64,000 nucleotides of DNA from Schizochytrium sp. TIO01 (lineage: Eukaryota; Protista; Bigyra: Labyrinthulomycetes), in NCBI GenBank assembly GCA_004764695.1, contig SMSO01000031.1, positions 4,750,436 through 4,814,435 of the forward strand. Direction: 5' to 3'. The notes beneath the pieces are model-generated. The model was not told the DNA's origin, ran no database searches, and saw only the letters and a list, made by a program, of their open reading frames with translations. The translations under genes were made by a program, and so were the position numbers. Position 1 is the stretch's first letter. Each line of letters begins with the position of its first letter. Positions 49,402-60,948 of the stretch are shown one piece after another.

Positions 49402-52400
49402 ATAAACACTTACGAGCTTATATTCGAAAATGCGTTTGTTATTTGACCCTTCTCACTGCACTCTCCCAGGTGGTCGCTAGTCCGCACATGCGTCAACGTC
49501 AAGCCTCCGAGGAGGGATTGGTGAATAGGGACACCTTGATACTGAATTTTTCATCACCCCACCATTATCACCATACCTTGGATGAGTTGTAGTGAGCTTG
49601 TGTTTTGTGCTCTCATCTCTTTCTAGATTCAGCCATGAACCAAGTTTTGCTCATCCCACTCAACCTTGCTCCTTATAACTTGCTCCTTTTCTATGCGTCA
49701 CTCTTTCAGTACATACATCGAAATTTACTTGTGATCTCTGTCTTATCTTGCTTGTTTGCTTTTGTTTCGTTCCAGTTGAATTCTATCTATATTCTTCATA
49801 CAATGATGATGTAGTGGTTCATTAAGTGATGTGGATTATTAGTACTAAGTGCTTCAATCCAAACTTTGTTATCTAAGGTACATGTGTGCCACGTTTAATT
49901 TGAAGACAATAAAACCCACACATTACTTTGAGACGTACTTTGTACTACCTTATTCACCGCGGGAGCAACAGACGAGCGAGTGTTTTGGGTTACATTGCTT
50001 AAATGATTAACTAGAAACCATATGAGAGTGGAAGAAGAGTATTAAGAGCAAACTATTCGGTGATCAAATACACAAGTGTTAAACGTTAGCTTATAGAAAA
50101 TGATAAGTATAAGTACCAAAGTTGCACGGTTGGCTACACGATGAATAACTTGTCAATAATATCTACACATTCGTAGAGAAGGTACTCCAAAATCTACACC
50201 TACTAATGTTTGGGTCTACTTTAACCTCAAGTTTTTATTCTCGAGATGGCTGCACCCAAAAATCTTCGAATTGCAAACTGATATGAAAAACTCTAATGAG
50301 AAGTAAGCGAGGTGACGTGTGGCAGTCGGCATACGTAGAGCTAGGTCACTCATGAGGGTTCATTGGGATTGGTACACGAAGTAAATGCTTGAAGAACATC
50401 TTGTGAATAAACAAAGTTTGTTTGCATTACTGTTTAGTACACTCTCCTTTACTTGTCCCCTGCCTTTATTTAAAAAACAAATAGTAGCAATACCTTATAC
50501 TTGCACGGTTCTGAGTCAAGGCCTCTAATTTATTAAACAATTATGTATAGCTTTGCAGAATAAGTATTAAGTACTATCACTACTTTATTTTGACAATCAA
50601 GTGGGCAGTTTCAGAGCACCAATGTTTTGATTTGCTAACTCTTTTCCAACTTGTTCGTCCGGCTTAGCGTTAATTTTGCAGTCTCTCGGTTCCACCTGCA
50701 GCTTGAAATTGCTCTTGCTCTGGGGGTATCTAACCCTAATACAACAAATTTGGTTCTAATTCTCAGAAGTATTAGATCATAAGGCAGTTACTATAATCAA
50801 AGCGGAGCAGACAGCACCTATAGGCTGTTGCTAGACTTACAGTTTACAATATAATTAATTCTACTTTCAATTAATGGTATACTTGTGCGCTCTGAAGCTC
50901 TTTGCTTCGAGTAGGAGATCCCTAAATGCGACGAAACATGTACAGCAGTGAGTTAGAATACGTAGAAAGTTTAGTGTACTTCATGTGCAGGCTCTTATTG
51001 AGCAGATAAACGGATGCATCATTAGGTCGTACGTCGAAAGGCCAAGAGGAATGGCCTTTAAAATATTTAATTTCGTGGAAATACAATCTACAGGAGTATG
51101 TATATGTGGAAAGAAAACACAAAAGCAGAAGAGGATTTATGTGAAATAAATATTGCTGAAGGTAGGAGCTTTCGCATACAAGTCTTAATATAAACGGTGA
51201 GATAAAGCGTCGGAAATGTTACATAAGCCCTTTAAGAGAAGGCTATATATTGAAAGACATGAGACATAGATATTCTCATCACAGAAAACTTCAAGAATGC
51301 GAGTGATACCGACGAATGGATTCCAAAGCCATGTTAAGCTTGTTTTCTAAATCAAGTTTAGGGGAGATTTCTTGACCTCTGGTCATTATCCCAACAGTTT
51401 AGCATTTCGTCCAGTTCTTCAATCATCAGTAGGGGTTTCATTTACCTGTAACCTGCTAAGAGGAAATGATTTGGTGTCAGCCACACCCATCTAATCTTGA
51501 TTGTTACCTAGCAGAAAGTGTACGTACTATATTTCATACTTCATGACACCTCAGGATTTGCGAAGATAGCGAGGAGCTCTTGCTGAATATATATATATTC
51601 CTTTGATTGAAGATCTTAGTTGAAGTCTAACTTTGAAGACAACTTTAATGTTTTTCAAATTTCTTTTAAAAAAACATAGACTTGGACGCTTACTTATATA
51701 CATAATCTACAGAACTTTTGCATGAGAAAAGGAGATGAACAAAATTCCCTTCATCCTTTTGTTCTTGTTCCCTCGACATCTCTCTTCCAACTCACTCGGT
51801 ATTTTGAGACGATGGCTATGCTTTAGCCGACTTTCTGTACTATGAGCCTTTGATATTCTACCATGAACAGCCTTTGCGAGCAAGGTATGTTGTATTTGAT
51901 AATATGGACTTGTATAAAATCAGAGGCGATTAATCTAGCAAGTATTTAGCTTATTATGTTGTCTGGATTTTGGTATTCAGAACAAAGGATGTACGCACGT
52001 TACTGGGAGTAGTTCTTTCGGACTGATGTTGATTTACTTCAGTGAGACTGTTAGATACTTTGCACGTGAGCTACATACCAACCCTCTCTGGAATATTTAA
52101 GGTAAAGGCATTCTAAGGGTAATTCAAGTGTTGTTTTTAATCGGGTTCAACTTGTAAATAAAATAGAAGAACTTAAGGCACGGACATTCCTATATCCAAG
52201 ATGTAATTCAAATGGAAATACTACACGAATGCTAAACGTTGACAAAATGATGTAATTTATTGCATTGAATCATTCAATATTTAAATCTCCACAGCATGCA
52301 GGATAGGGCATAGAGTTGGAAAGACTTGCTTCTACATGCAGTCAATCTCACCGTTGTATGCCACAAAATATGCTCTTTTTCCCACTTCCCAGAGTGGACA

Positions 52401-52605
52401 CTGAACGCTATTAATGTGATAGAGTAGGCTTTTCAAAGTAGCACTTACATTTCGTAAAATGTGGTCCGATGTTTTACAAACTATTGGAACCAATTGGGCG
52501 GATGCAATGAATGGGCTAAACAGGAAAAAAAAAGAGTAGATAGAATTGGTACAGACTTGTGTGTGTATATGAGCGGATCCAGGGCAGTGAAGAACAAAAC
52601 CGATC

Positions 52606-54480
52606 TCAGCTATAGTGCTGAAACGATTCACGACGCTTTGATCCTTGTGCGGAAGCAAAGTGTCGTGACCATTGCTGCTGCCGCATACCATTCATATGAT
52701 AATCATGGTCTGCCTTACCGTTCGGAGTTTCTGCAGGAGAGGTCGTAATCTTGTCATTACTATTGCCCTTAGGAGTAGACGATGATGACGCGAGTAGGCC
52801 GACCCCAACGATAATCGCAAGGACGCCCGCGCCAAACGTGACGTACTGACGAAAGGAAAAGCTTGCAAAATCTCCATAATAGAGCGCACCACACAGGGTA
52901 GATGAGAGCAGTAGCGTGGCCTGGTACACGGGAACGATGAAGAGGGGTTCAAACTGTTCTAGTGCATGGTTTATCCAGCTCAGCTGAAAGAAAGCAACAA
53001 AAAACCACACAACCAGCAGAGTGATGCTTGACCAAGACTCGAAAAGAGCGAGTTGGCCAACCAGTTCCACTGCAGCTTTTGCCAAGACATTGTTGAAGCC
53101 ACCCATAATGCCAGGCATCATGCCACTGGCCAAGGATCTGTTTGGGTTGTGCTTTTGTTTAGACAATGCATGTAAATATCCAATAGCAAAAATTGCAATC
53201 ACAGAGTAAACTTGGAAGGGGCGCTCTGCGAACATGTCAACAAGTTCGTCCAGCTGATAATGTTTCGTAACACGGGGGCCTCCACCTACAATGAGTACGC
53301 ACCCAGACAGCGTAAGCAAGGTCGCAAATATATCTGTTCGTGAAAGGGTAACACCTCCGAACCAGCGAGTTGTAGCAAGGAGTGCATTCCATACGATAGT
53401 AAGTCCGCTAAGAGGAGCCAGTAATGATTGCGAGGCCAGGGCAAGACTCATCAATGTGAGTAACGTACCGAGAAAGGTGATCGCTACGTTACCACCAAAC
53501 CAGCACATAAACGATGGTCTTGATGCATAGGCCATTACTTTGTGACGCGAGTGAGTATTGCTGGGAAGTATGGCCCTCATCCACACGGCTGTGGGTGGTT
53601 TTCGTGGAGTGTTTCGTTGCGAATCTTCATCCAGTGACATTTTATGAGCCAACGTTACCAAGTGATTACCCACCGCAGCGACCATGGTACCAAAGAGTGC
53701 TAAAAGAACTCCAACATACCATAAGTCCTCTTCCTCTTCCCCGTCAGCAGCTTCCTCATCTGGATCATCCGCGTTCTTTTTACCCAATGGAGCCACCACG
53801 GAGTCCTCATCTCCTTCAGGAGCCAAAAATTCCTTCTCTCCAGGATGCATGGAGTCAAGCTCCAAGGAGTTCTGCGCACGAATTTCTGCAGCTGCAACAG
53901 CTGCTCGAGCTACCTCTGCGGCTTGGCGTTCTTCTGCCATAACCGCTGCAGATCGTCTAGCAGCAAGCAATGAGCTTGTACTGTAGCCATGGTACCGTCC
54001 AAAAAGACCCATCCAATGAAAGTGAAATATTCTATTTATCATGCCACCTGCCATTTCTGCAACAGGCTCAAACCAAGATCCCTTGGAGGTGATCGAAGGG
54101 GCTTTCACGCGACGCACCGCCGATGCCACCGATGATCCTTCAAGGGGAATCGTAGTCATTTTGGCCACAGCCACTGTGAAAAAGATGATGTATGTCACCA
54201 CGATCAGAGCCACGAGGACTCTGAACCAGAAATCATCGCCGAGGTGCCTCGATCGTGGCTTTCTCACACGACTTGCTGGAGCAGAAGGCACGATATCGAG
54301 TCGCACGTGCGGCGCTATTGAAGACGTACGAGTACGTCCCGCGGAAGCAGCCGACTGGGACCCGCCATCAACCACGCCACCACCGATTATATCACGAGAG
54401 CCGAGGCCTGAGCTAGAACCGCCCATAGGGAGTGATACAGAGTCATCATTCCATGCGTGAGCAATATCTACACCACTCAT
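52606..54480 (-). CDS. NIPA-family magnesium transporter (DMT superfamily) with long N-terminal extension
   Basis: Probable ATG at 54480 (MSGVDIAH). NIPA-typical segments WYVGVLLALFGTMVAAVG, ALASQSLLAPLSGLTIVWNALLA, LAKAAVEL and WINHALEQFEPLFIVPVYQ; about 9 hydrophobic segments in the core. Confidence 0.88.
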   Translation of the reverse strand: MSGVDIAHAWNDDSVSLPMGGSSSGLGSRDIIGGGVVDGGSQSAASAGRTRTSSIAPHVRLDIVPSAPASRVRKPRSRHLGDDFWFRVLVALIVVTYIIFFTVAVAKMTTIPLEGSSVASAVRRVKAPSITSKGSWFEPVAEMAGGMINRIFHFHWMGLFGRYHGYSTSSLLAARRSAAVMAEERQAAEVARAAVAAAEIRAQNSLELDSMHPGEKEFLAPEGDEDSVVAPLGKKNADDPDEEAADGEEEEDLWYVGVLLALFGTMVAAVGNHLVTLAHKMSLDEDSQRNTPRKPPTAVWMRAILPSNTHSRHKVMAYASRPSFMCWFGGNVAITFLGTLLTLMSLALASQSLLAPLSGLTIVWNALLATTRWFGGVTLSRTDIFATLLTLSGCVLIVGGGPRVTKHYQLDELVDMFAERPFQVYSVIAIFAIGYLHALSKQKHNPNRSLASGMMPGIMGGFNNVLAKAAVELVGQLALFESWSSITLLVVWFFVAFFQLSWINHALEQFEPLFIVPVYQATLLLSSTLCGALYYGDFASFSFRQYVTFGAGVLAIIVGVGLLASSSSTPKGNSNDKITTSPAETPNGKADHDYHMNGMRQQQWSRHFASAQGSKRRESFQHYS

Positions 54481-56409
54481 GGCGCTCGCTCGCGCTCTGC
54501 GAGCTGCCCAGAGCGAGGCGCAGGCGAGAGCAATCGACTTCTGCGTAAGGCATACATATCGTGTACTGCGCAACCCTTTTTCAATACTGCGCAACCCCTT
54601 TTCCACAGTCACCTACGTGCTGTCTACAATAAGGTGCGCTAGGGTAAACTATAGGGGAGGTAATTGAGAACTTGGGTGGATGGACTTCAAGTTGGTGAGG
54701 AATCGAATGTGGAGGTAAGCAGCATCAGCAAGAGATGGCTGAAGTTCAGGGCAAAGAAAGAGTCATTATCGGTTGATAGGAAGACGTGGCGTGGGTCTAG
54801 ACAATGACAAGTAGATTATAAATTTGGTTGAGCGTTGGAAAAATGAAAGGCTGAGGGATTTGATCATTACAGGCAGGCCCTTTTCAGACTTCCGCTCGGT
54901 TAGACAGGTTTTTTTTTGGTATCGAGATCCAGCGTTCGGGATTTCAATGGGGTACTTGTCTATTCTGCAACTAATTGGAGATGCGTTGCCATCTCTCTAA
55001 ACTAATGCGACTTCTGAACACTATTCTACATCATCGAATCATCGCGTGTTGACGCAACTGTTTATAGATAGCTAGCAAGCAACACGGCTTTGGTAGCAGC
55101 TTACACCGCGATATCATAGATTGTCTTCTCCCAATCAATCAAAGCGCTATTTATCAACCACATACACGAGGCTCAGACTGCCAAATCTGTCCACGATCTA
55201 CCCATTTCTCTTTTGTCCAGTATCGTCTCGTCAATCTTCAAGAGGAAGAGTTGTTCCCTTTGACTCTACATACCTAACCTTAGAGCTCCAGTAGGCATGA
55301 TCCATGCTTCTCCACTGTTCCCAGCACTTTCTCAGACGATAAAGATCTTTCAGCAGAGCACAACTTCGACCTTCTCTGCCCAAACCGCTCTTGTCTAAAC
55401 TTCGTTACCAAGAGGAGACATGGATTCGAAGAGTAGAAGTTCGAGGATACTTAAGGCAAGATCCATGATAGCATGGTGACAACAATTGAAAGGGGGATTT
55501 ATGCACTGGCGCAAATGGCAAACGATTGACTGTGAGCCCTAATTTGGCAAACACCGATCGGTCACTACGAGATGAACAGCAGAATGGCTAACAATAAATT
55601 GAGGTGCGGGAGAAAATTGTGATGGTTGAATGAGGAAATCGTGAGCGGATCATATCACATTGCGTGGTCTATATGCGTTGTCATTCATACTCTTGCTGCC
55701 CCAGCTCTACCTGAGCTCCTTGCGATTACCTCAACTAAACGCAGATATGGCACGTGCAGCTAGGGGTAGTAAGGGTGTTTAAACAGTTTAATTTCAGATC
55801 GCAAATAGAAATATTAATATTAAATATTATGGGTATTAGGGTAAAACTTACATAATACCCCACATTGGACCTCCTGATAATCTCGCTTGTTCGTTCCTAG
55901 TAAAAATACTTCAGATGTTCAATCAAAGTGCTTTCACCACCTTAAAGCCTATTGGTTCTCGTTTAATCTCCTGTCACGCTCTTTTGTTGCTGATAATCAA
56001 AAGGCATGCCTTTTGATTTTTAGATTTTTGTTACTTAGTTAAAATAAAGGGTTGATAACTTTGGTAATGAAAAAAATAAATAGTAATAATACTAATAAAA
56101 CAAAGGATTTCACAAGGGACCAATATAGGTAGGTATGTACCTACCTACTTTAAGAACCAAACCCACTTTATCTGCTCTTCGGAAACTCAAGCTACCATAG
56201 CTACAATTTCTTCAACAACCTCGACTTGATCTCGAGGGACGTTTCACGGTATATCCTTCGTTGTTCGATTTCTCCAAAACGCAGTTTCGCTTCAGTTCAA
56301 CCAAACCTCAGTTCAAAGATTGACGGCATTCCCAAGCAAGCAACCACCATCACAAGGAGAACTTGTTTGACAAAGAATAGCCTTAAGCGAGCTCAGGTCA
56401 AGCTTCTCG

Positions 56410-57869
56410 ATGACTCAAGGATCGCCCCGAACTCCTCCTCCTGTGCCTCCTCGTCGGAGGCGCGCAGATGGTGGCTCTCCAAGCGCTTTGACTGCAGAGG
56501 ATATTAACCGCGTGAGCTCTGTAAAGGCCTTGTCTCCACTAAGCGTGGCACAAGTTAACTTCGACGAAGGCGACGAGGAGGAGAAAGTGGATGAAGAGTA
56601 CCGAACTGTATTGCTGAATAGGCTGCAACAATACTTTCTCGTTTATGAGCCAGATCGAGTGGGCCAGGGCATTGGCCACATTGTTGATTGTAAGTTTCCT
56701 TGATCCCAAGAACTCTTTAAGTAAGGCAATAGACACGTGACCCAGCTCGCTTGAGAAGATATGGCGGGGTTACACGAGAAGTAAACAAATTACAGTAGGA
56801 GGGCAGCTGTATAAGGAGCTTCATGTGTCGAGCTTGAGGTTTTATATCAAGAGAAGAGAGGAACAAACGTCTAAGAAATAGCTTATAGAGACTAATAATA
56901 CAAGGCAAGATGAAATATACAGGGGCACTAGTACATGGCGAAAAGGAGCTCAACGAAAGGCTTCTTGTCAAATATGGGGAGTCTCTCGTTGAGTTTGAAA
57001 GAAGATACCTAGTTGAAGCATCAGCAACCCAAGATCGCGGACGTACTGATCATGCTGAGTCGTTCATGGGGCCACCCACAGTTGAATCTCTTCCATTTCA
57101 AGAAGATGACGACTACCCTAGCGCGTACGAATCAAGCTCAAATACGGCAGGTGAACAAGCTGCTAGGATGATTAGACACCGCCTGCAGGCCTTTTATACC
57201 AAGTATGACCCCGAGCGTCGTCGGAAAGGATTAGAAGATCTTGTTAGCTATGTATCTCACAAAGGTCTTGACGCGCTCAACCGCAAATTGGTGAAAAAAT
57301 ATGGTGTGACCCTCGAGGATTTCGAGCAAGGCATTGAGCGTATGCGAGAACGAGAAACTCAGACTGCCAACGATACTGTCGCTGATCGCGAACAAGAAGG
57401 AGTAGGTAATTCAGGCAAGCGTATTTCAATTAGATCTATGCTACGAAGATCATTTCGGGCGAGTTTCGTAACTGCACGGCCGGATCATCTACCACCTTAT
57501 GTCCCTCAGTTACTAGAATTATTTTATTCCAAGTACGATCAGAGTAAAATTTCTTCAGGCGGTGTTGAAGCAATTTATCGTTGGACTAAAAAGCACGGCC
57601 TAGAGGCACTTAATCGTCAACTTAAGAAGAAATACCTGGAAGATCTAACAGAGTTTACTGAGCGAATGGGCGCTTTGCGTGATGACCTCGAAGACTTCTA
57701 CTCTGTCCATGATTCTTCCAAACTTGCTTCTGGAGGAATTGATGCAATTCTCCGATGGGGCATACGTAATGGCCGCAAGGCTATCAATCACCAATTACAG
57801 AAAAAGTATAATTCAGACCTAGATCACCCTGAAGGGGTCGTTGCCAGAGATGATGACAACTCTTTTTGA
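56410..57869 (+). CDS. Uncharacterised ~408-aa protein with four ~45-aa helical repeats (L..FY..YD...G...+..W...G..ALN..L.KKY), 2 exons
   Basis: Exon 1 56410-56689, intron 56690-56922 (GTAAGT...ACTAAT...TACAG), exon 2 56923-57869. The phase-1 join creates TGG, giving IVDWALVHGEKELNERL, which restores the repeat consensus Trp and independently supports the splice. Confidence 0.88.
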
Positions 57870-58254
57870 GTCCATCCCCAAGAATTCCGTCCATGTTTGC
57901 CAACTATTTTAATTATTGATTTTACAGCTGCGCAAAGAGGCTGACTTCCTGTTCTGTATTTTTGTAGGGCGCGGCTTATTCAATTCCGATTATCACAAAG
58001 CAATATCAGTTCCCATGTAAAAGTTGATATTGATTGCCTTTGGTAGCGTTCTTGGTTATCTTTAATGATGTTTTTACTCCCATGCTAATGCTAATTCAAT
58101 TCTGATTGATGTCCTGTGACTTTGTTTGGCGTGTCGGCTACTATAAACAATTGATTCCCTAACATATCGGTAATCAATGACGATATCCAGACAAACAAAA
58201 ACGAACAAGACAGATGGTCAACATAATGACTTATTAATTCCCAATGTTCTAGAA

Positions 58255-59217
58255 TTAAAGGAGTCCTCGGTATACAGCAACAAAGACTCCGATTACAAAA
58301 AATATGACTCCAATGAGAAGGTTCAGCTTATACTCTTCGAAGTGGTATGCAAAGTGAGATGCGATGATGATAGCCACAAAGTTGCACGGCAAGGAAATCT
58401 CTAGAGGAAGAATGATATCGTCCCATACAACGACGTCGCGATAGATATACAAAGCAATTACGCCCAGCAAAGAAACTGACATCATGGGGCCACTCACTGC
58501 TGTGCTTGATAGAATATTCATCTGTTGGGTATTAAACAGAATCACGGCCATGCCATTACCACCACCAAACCCGACTGATCCCATTCCCACACCAATAAGA
58601 GCGAAAAAGATATAGCTACCATATTTAAAGCAAAAGCTTCGTTTGGGAGTGTCTGACTGTTCAGATTGCGCAACTTCAAGATCCTTCGTCGAGCTCGTTT
58701 TCGCTTCTGTCATGTCTCGTGAGATGTCAGATGTTCGGGACTCACCAGGTCCGATGACCACACTTGCACTGACAACCTGCTCTTCTTCTGAATCTTCATC
58801 ATCACGAGTCTTATTCTTACGGTTACGGTACCCTCTGATGATGAAAAAAAGTCCTAAGACAATGATAGCGGCACTGGCAGCTACACCAATATTTGGGCCA
58901 GATCTGGCCAAAAATTCGATACCATACGTTGCTGCACAGGATACTGAGATAATAATACATTCAATGACAAGTATAACAGGGCGTTGCCAACTTCCGATAT
59001 GATGAAGAAGCTTGCGGTACCTGAAGCCAATGATCAACCCATTCATGACGTCAACGACGAAGCAAACGAATATTGCGCTGATAGGATCAATGTCAAAGGT
59101 AAACATAAGGACAGGAAACATGGTTAAAAATGCAGTAATTGCCAGAGCTGCGCCGCCGCATCCATTGAGGACGGCGATAATGGCTAGCAGTGCCACCTTC
59201 CAAGCTACAATAGCCAT
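58255..59217 (-). CDS. TauE/SafE (TSUP) family sulfite/anion exporter-like membrane protein, copy 1
   Basis: 320 aa, about 8-9 hydrophobic segments in two halves separated by a charged loop; GSVGFGGGNG glycine motif typical of TSUP. Confidence 0.75.
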   Translation of the reverse strand: MAIVAWKVALLAIIAVLNGCGGAALAITAFLTMFPVLMFTFDIDPISAIFVCFVVDVMNGLIIGFRYRKLLHHIGSWQRPVILVIECIIISVSCAATYGIEFLARSGPNIGVAASAAIIVLGLFFIIRGYRNRKNKTRDDEDSEEEQVVSASVVIGPGESRTSDISRDMTEAKTSSTKDLEVAQSEQSDTPKRSFCFKYGSYIFFALIGVGMGSVGFGGGNGMAVILFNTQQMNILSSTAVSGPMMSVSLLGVIALYIYRDVVVWDDIILPLEISLPCNFVAIIIASHFAYHFEEYKLNLLIGVIFFVIGVFVAVYRGLL

Positions 59218-59894
59218 CCTGCATTAATTTCCTTTGGCTTGTCTCACGGCTTGCAAGTTAAGGGTTTGCTCCTTTGGTTGCTGTGCACATTGATCCGCGC
59301 GTGCAAGAAACAACACTCTTTCACCTCTGTCGAAAGTGGGAGGAGCTCTTTGTTTCTAATGCAGCTTACAAGAGAATATTCACTGTTCAAAAGCTAAATA
59401 AAAAATATTGTTCGCTAACTCCCAGACAAATATGTGCACTTCCTCAGGTATCACATTTCGAGTCCCTGAGTTGACTCTAATTCTCAAAGGCAGAGTTCTG
59501 AAATAAGCTATTGGCAGCTACATAATCCTAGAAGCACAAAAGGAATGCAATAAAGGGAACTGATAGATAGAGGTGTGTCTGCTTGAAAAGTGTTAATTAA
59601 AAAGTTAAAAAAATATATCTTTAACGACTACGTACGACTACGTACCTAGTACTGCATTTACCAGAACAAAGTACCATCAAACACTATGTTGCCGATCCAA
59701 CAAACGTATCACCGGATTAAGAGTATTCACTTGACACTGTCAAGTGAGTCTGATTAACCCCAATTTATTTGACACCTTCTATATTGCTTATCATAATGTC
59801 GCGTTTGCGACTCGAACGACTCGAATTTTTGAAAAATAAAAATAAAAATAAAAATATTAACAATTACTAGCTAACACCATGATAGATTCTGAAG

Positions 59895-60069
59895 CATCCA
59901 GCACGTGCACTTCATTCACCCTGAAGCAATAGACCTGGGTAGGAACTACCATCGTCATCCAGCACGTGCACTTCACCCTGAAGCAATAGACCTGGGTAGG
60001 AACTACCATCGTCATCCAGCACGTGCACTTCACCCTGAAGCAATAGACCTGGGTAGGTGCTACCATCGT
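59895..60069. repeat. 57-bp tandem repeat x3 containing GCACGTGC and two short hairpins
   Basis: Unit CATCCAGCACGTGCACTTCACCCTGAAGCAATAGACCTGGGTAGGAACTACCATCGT. Copy 1 has a TTCA duplication; copy 3 has GTG in place of GAA. Confidence 0.95.
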
Positions 60070-60948
60070 AGATGCTTAACCTTTATTATTGCACAGAAAG
60101 TGTTTCCTTGGTTCAAGGGATATTGGGTACAATTAGCCTAGTCTTTCTTTGTTCATCATTCAGAGACCACAAACCTAAGGTTTGGTATTTTTATTTTGCT
60201 TTCTCTAAAGTCACAAAGAGAGACCACTCCACTCTTCAGCGAAGTGGCCAGTTAGAAAGGGGAGTCAAAAGCCTTTCGTGAGTAGTTTATTACTGGTTCT
60301 CTGTCATCAGCTAGTTCCAAGATTGTCAACACACTTACGAAACAATTTAAGGACCAAAGGCAACCAGCGCTTCGCGAAGAGTAAAGTGTTTCATACAAAT
60401 ACATCCATGCAACATCTTACATTGGTTTGACTGAAAGTTACATATACGAAATGTATGGCAATTTCGTGTAAGGGCGAACGTCAATATTACATCGGATATT
60501 GCATTGAACCATCGAGCCTAAAGTGGAAGCCTGAGGATATAAAGTTGTGCATCTTGTAATTATTGATATACCCTCGAACTGTAGGAGAGACAGCATTTCA
60601 CTTAATCATTTGCGTCTTTCAGAATCAATGCAAGTGTACGACAATGAACAAATCAGGTTCGCTAGAAGGTCCAGTTCGAGGTATGCGACTGAAAATTACA
60701 TGAACGACCATTGCATAGCCATTTAAAGTACTAGCAATATTATTTTTGGCTCAAAAAACGAACTTGAAAGATTAAAAAGAAGAGAAAATCATGATGACCC
60801 TATTAATATACATAATGTGAGAGTTGAATAACAAAGTTCATCCTTTCACCTTTTCTGCCTGTACGCCCATCATAATTCAGCCCGGGAACAATGACGTTTG
60901 CGTCTTGACCTTCTAATGTATAATTTTCATTCAAACAAAAAATCGAAG

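Noticed and set aside
50729-50740. TAACCCTAA telomere-like motif
   Set aside because: A single isolated copy; expected by chance.
54481-54612. N-terminal 44 codons of the listed 668-aa NIPA ORF
   Set aside because: It begins at GTG and runs through a 21-bp promoter-like repeat; the first ATG at 54480 is the more plausible eukaryotic start.
59857-60141. ORFs with 19-aa repeats, and a possible CRISPR-like array
   Set aside because: The peptide periodicity simply reflects a 57-bp tandem DNA repeat. There are no unique spacers or cas genes, and the context is eukaryotic.
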